Below, one piece after another: positions 61,471-64,000 of a stretch of 64,000 nucleotides of DNA. Source of the DNA: an uncultured Chloroflexia bacterium (lineage in GTDB: Bacteria; Chloroflexota; Anaerolineae; CG2-30-64-16). Every line of letters begins with the position of its first letter. Position 1 is the stretch's first letter. A program made the translations under genes and the position numbers. Where the stretch lies: NCBI GenBank assembly GCA_963774265.1, contig CAVZDU010000005.1:489671-553670 (forward strand), given 5' to 3'. The notes under the pieces were generated by a model that saw only the letters and a program-made list of their open reading frames with translations, was not told the origin of the DNA and did no database searches.

Positions 61471-64000
61471 ATGGCCCAGGCTTCCCCCTCCGCCGGGACT
61501 CCTTTTGGAACCTGGCTCAGGCAGCGCCGCAAGGCGCTCGACCTAACCCAGGAGCAACTGGCCGCGGCCATCGACGTCTCGCTGCCCACCATCGTGAAGA
61601 TCGAGGCCGGCCAGCGCCGGCCCTCCCGGCAGGTGGCCGAGCTGTTGGCCCGCTGCCTGGAGGTGCTGCCCGAGGAGCAGGCAGCCTTCATGCGCCTGGC
61701 CCGGACGCTCTTGCAGCCCACATCGGAGTCGACGGCTCCCCTCCCGCTCCTCCCTGCTACCGATCTGCCCGCTCCCCTCGATCGCCTCATCGGCCGCGAG
61801 CACGAGCTGGCTCAGTTGGCGACACTGCTGGGCGCCGAGGACGTGCGGCTACTCACCCTCACGGGCCCGGGCGGCGTGGGCAAGACGCGCCTGGCCATCG
61901 CCCTTGCCTGGCGCCTGGCGGACCGGTTCCCGGATGGCGTCCGCTTCGTTTCGCTTTCCTCCCTGCGTGATCCGGGCCTGGTGCTCGACGCAATCGCCCG
62001 CCGGGTAGGGGTAGGCGAAGCCAGCGAGCCGCTGGCAGATCGCCTTTGCCGGCGCCTGGCCGGCCGGCACATCCTGCTGCTGCTGGACAACTTCGAGCAC
62101 CTGCTCGCGGCAGCCCCGGACGTCAGCGACCTGCTCGCCTGCTGCCCTGCGTTGCGCATCCTGGCCACCAGCCGCGAGGGCCTGCGGGTGCGTGGGGAGC
62201 GGCAGTTCCACGTGCCCCCCCTGCCCCTGCCCGATCTCGCGCAGTTGCCGCCCCTGGCCGTCCTGGCCGGCCTGCCGCCGGTCGCTCTCTTCGTGGAGCG
62301 GGCCTGCGACGTGGCTCCCGACTTCAGCCTGGACGAAGCGGCCGGCGCGGCAGTGGCCGCCATCTGCGCCCGCTTCGACGGGCTCCCCCTCGCGATCGAG
62401 CTGGCTGCTGCGCACATGGATCTTCTCACGCCGGCCGCTTTGCTCGCCGGCCTGGACAGCCGCCTGGCCGTCGACGCTGACCTGGCAGCCGCACCGCGCG
62501 ACCTGCCTGCCCGCCAGCGCAGCCTGCGCGACGCCATCGGCTGGAGCTATGATCTGCTCGGCCCGGGGGAACAGGTGCTCTTCGCCCGCCTGGGCGTGTT
62601 CGCCGGCGGCTTCACACTCAGCGCAGCCGAGGCGGTCTGCAACAGCCGCGGGGACCTGCCGCTGGGGATGCCTGCAGGTCTGGCATCCCTTCTGCGGAAG
62701 AGCCTTCTGGTAGCAGCCCCGCCGCGCCCCGGCCTGCCTGCCGGTCCTGTTCCGGATGCCGAGCGCCGGCTGGCGATGCTGGAGACCATCCGCGAGTATG
62801 CGCTGGAGCGGCTGGCCGAGAGCGGCGGAGAACGGGAGATCTTGCGCTGTCACCTGGAGTACTACCTGGCCTTGGCCGAGGCAGCCTCACCCGAGGTCCT
62901 GGCGGGGCCCGAGCAGGGAGCCTGGGTGCGGCGGCTGGAGGAGGAGCACAACAACATCCGGGCCGCGCTGGCATGGTCGGTCGCCGGCGGGCCCGATACT
63001 GCGGCCGCAACTGCGGGCGCTGTTGCGGAGTTGGCTTTGCGATTGAGCAGTGCGTTGGGGCGGTTCTGGGACATGCGCGGTTATGTCGGCGAGGGTCGCC
63101 GCTGGCTGCAGCTGGCCCTGCAGAACGCCGCCGCAGGTCGGGATGAGGATGATGGCTCTCGACCGGGGTTGATCTCCCCGCACCTGCGGGCCAAGGCTCT
63201 GACCGCGGCCGGCAACCTGGCCATGAACCAGGGGGATTACCCGGCCGCGCGCGCCTTTCTACGGCAGGCGCTGGAGCTGGCTGGAGAGACCGGGGACCGC
63301 CGGCGCATGTGCCTCTGCCTGATGAACCTGGGCACGCTTGCCAACCGCACGGGCGACTATGGTGAAGGCCGCGCTCTGCTGGAGCGGGCATTGGCGCTGA
63401 TGCGCGAGCTGGACGACCGGGCCGGCACTGCCCGGGCCCTGCTCAACCTGGGCATCGGCGCTGCCTGGCAGGGCGACTACGAGCGGGCGCGGGCGTTGTA
63501 TGAGGAAAGCCTGGCCCTCCGCCGCCAACTGAAGGACGAGTACGGCATCGCGCTCCTGCTCGGTAACCTGGGCGACCTTGCGGCGCACCAGGGGGACCAC
63601 GCCGGCGCCCACGCTCTCCTCACTGAAAGCCTGACCTTGCGCGAACAGGCGGGCGACGAGAGGGGCATTGCTTTTTCCCTGGCGGCCCTGGCCGATCTCG
63701 CCAACCGGGAGGGCAGCTATTCCGAGGCTCGCTCATTGTACGCCCGCAGCCTCGACTTGCATCAGGAGCTGGGAGACCGCGCCAGCCTGGCCGCCGGCCT
63801 GGAGGGCTTGGGGCTGGTGCACCTGAACCTGGCCCAGCCGGCCCCGGCCGTCCACCTGTGGAGTGCTGCCCATTGCTTGCGCAGCTCCGGCGCCTCATGC
63901 ATCTTCCTGGTCGATCGGCCGCGCTACGAGGCGGCCGTCGCGCTGGCCCGCAGCCGCCTGGGCGAAGCCGGTTTCGCTCAGGCCTGGGCAGAAGGCGCTG
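61471..64000 (+). CDS. XRE-HTH + NB-ARC/STAND ATPase + TPR regulator (runs off the right edge)
   Basis: Read by hand: FGTWLRQRRKALDLTQEQLA, LIGRE, LTGPGGVGKTRLA, LLLDNFEH, DGLPLAIELAAA, WSYDLL, MLETIREYA, TPR repeats. Confidence 0.92.
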   Translation, partial: MAQASPSAGTPFGTWLRQRRKALDLTQEQLAAAIDVSLPTIVKIEAGQRRPSRQVAELLARCLEVLPEEQAAFMRLARTLLQPTSESTAPLPLLPATDLPAPLDRLIGREHELAQLATLLGAEDVRLLTLTGPGGVGKTRLAIALAWRLADRFPDGVRFVSLSSLRDPGLVLDAIARRVGVGEASEPLADRLCRRLAGRHILLLLDNFEHLLAAAPDVSDLLACCPALRILATSREGLRVRGERQFHVPPLPLPDLAQLPPLAVLAGLPPVALFVERACDVAPDFSLDEAAGAAVAAICARFDGLPLAIELAAAHMDLLTPAALLAGLDSRLAVDADLAAAPRDLPARQRSLRDAIGWSYDLLGPGEQVLFARLGVFAGGFTLSAAEAVCNSRGDLPLGMPAGLASLLRKSLLVAAPPRPGLPAGPVPDAERRLAMLETIREYALERLAESGGEREILRCHLEYYLALAEAASPEVLAGPEQGAWVRRLEEEHNNIRAALAWSVAGGPDTAAATAGAVAELALRLSSALGRFWDMRGYVGEGRRWLQLALQNAAAGRDEDDGSRPGLISPHLRAKALTAAGNLAMNQGDYPAARAFLRQALELAGETGDRRRMCLCLMNLGTLANRTGDYGEGRALLERALALMRELDDRAGTARALLNLGIGAAWQGDYERARALYEESLALRRQLKDEYGIALLLGNLGDLAAHQGDHAGAHALLTESLTLREQAGDERGIAFSLAALADLANREGSYSEARSLYARSLDLHQELGDRASLAAGLEGLGLVHLNLAQPAPAVHLWSAAHCLRSSGASCIFLVDRPRYEAAVALARSRLGEAGFAQAWAEGA

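Overview
GC-rich chromosomal window, most likely from a Chloroflexota (Anaerolineae/Caldilineae-like) bacterium. This is inferred from lineage-type inserts in DnaG and RpoD, a YLPL motif and a GAAC-N4-GTTC SOS box. Many genes, including the essential rpoD, carry single-base frameshifts, which points to assembly indel errors. Contents in order: sugar ABC operon with a hybrid sensor; PadR-regulated MacB/FtsX-type exporter; repair/metabolic genes; a ROK-Gfo-epimerase sugar operon; an uncharacterised cobalamin-binding enzyme paired with an opine dehydrogenase; an ISAs1 element (10-bp TSD); dnaG-rpoD-tRNA-Asn; a ~5.2-kb decayed tRNA-anchored island; a LexA-boxed imuA-imuB-dnaE2 mutasome; surface-protein genes, one split by an IS1380-like element; an ABC-2 exporter; and an XRE-NB-ARC-TPR regulator. 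The island holds an EAD1-Shedu-like gene between 92-bp direct repeats, an integrase remnant, a 41-aa membrane peptide and a degenerate tRNA copy. The most unusual signal is a family of very small DNA hairpins, (G)CGATCC-N2-6-GGATCG(C), sitting as apparent in-frame 15-18-bp insertions in dnaE2, imuB and an SDR gene, alongside other short palindromic and heptamer insertions. All family assignments are from motif recognition, not database searches.
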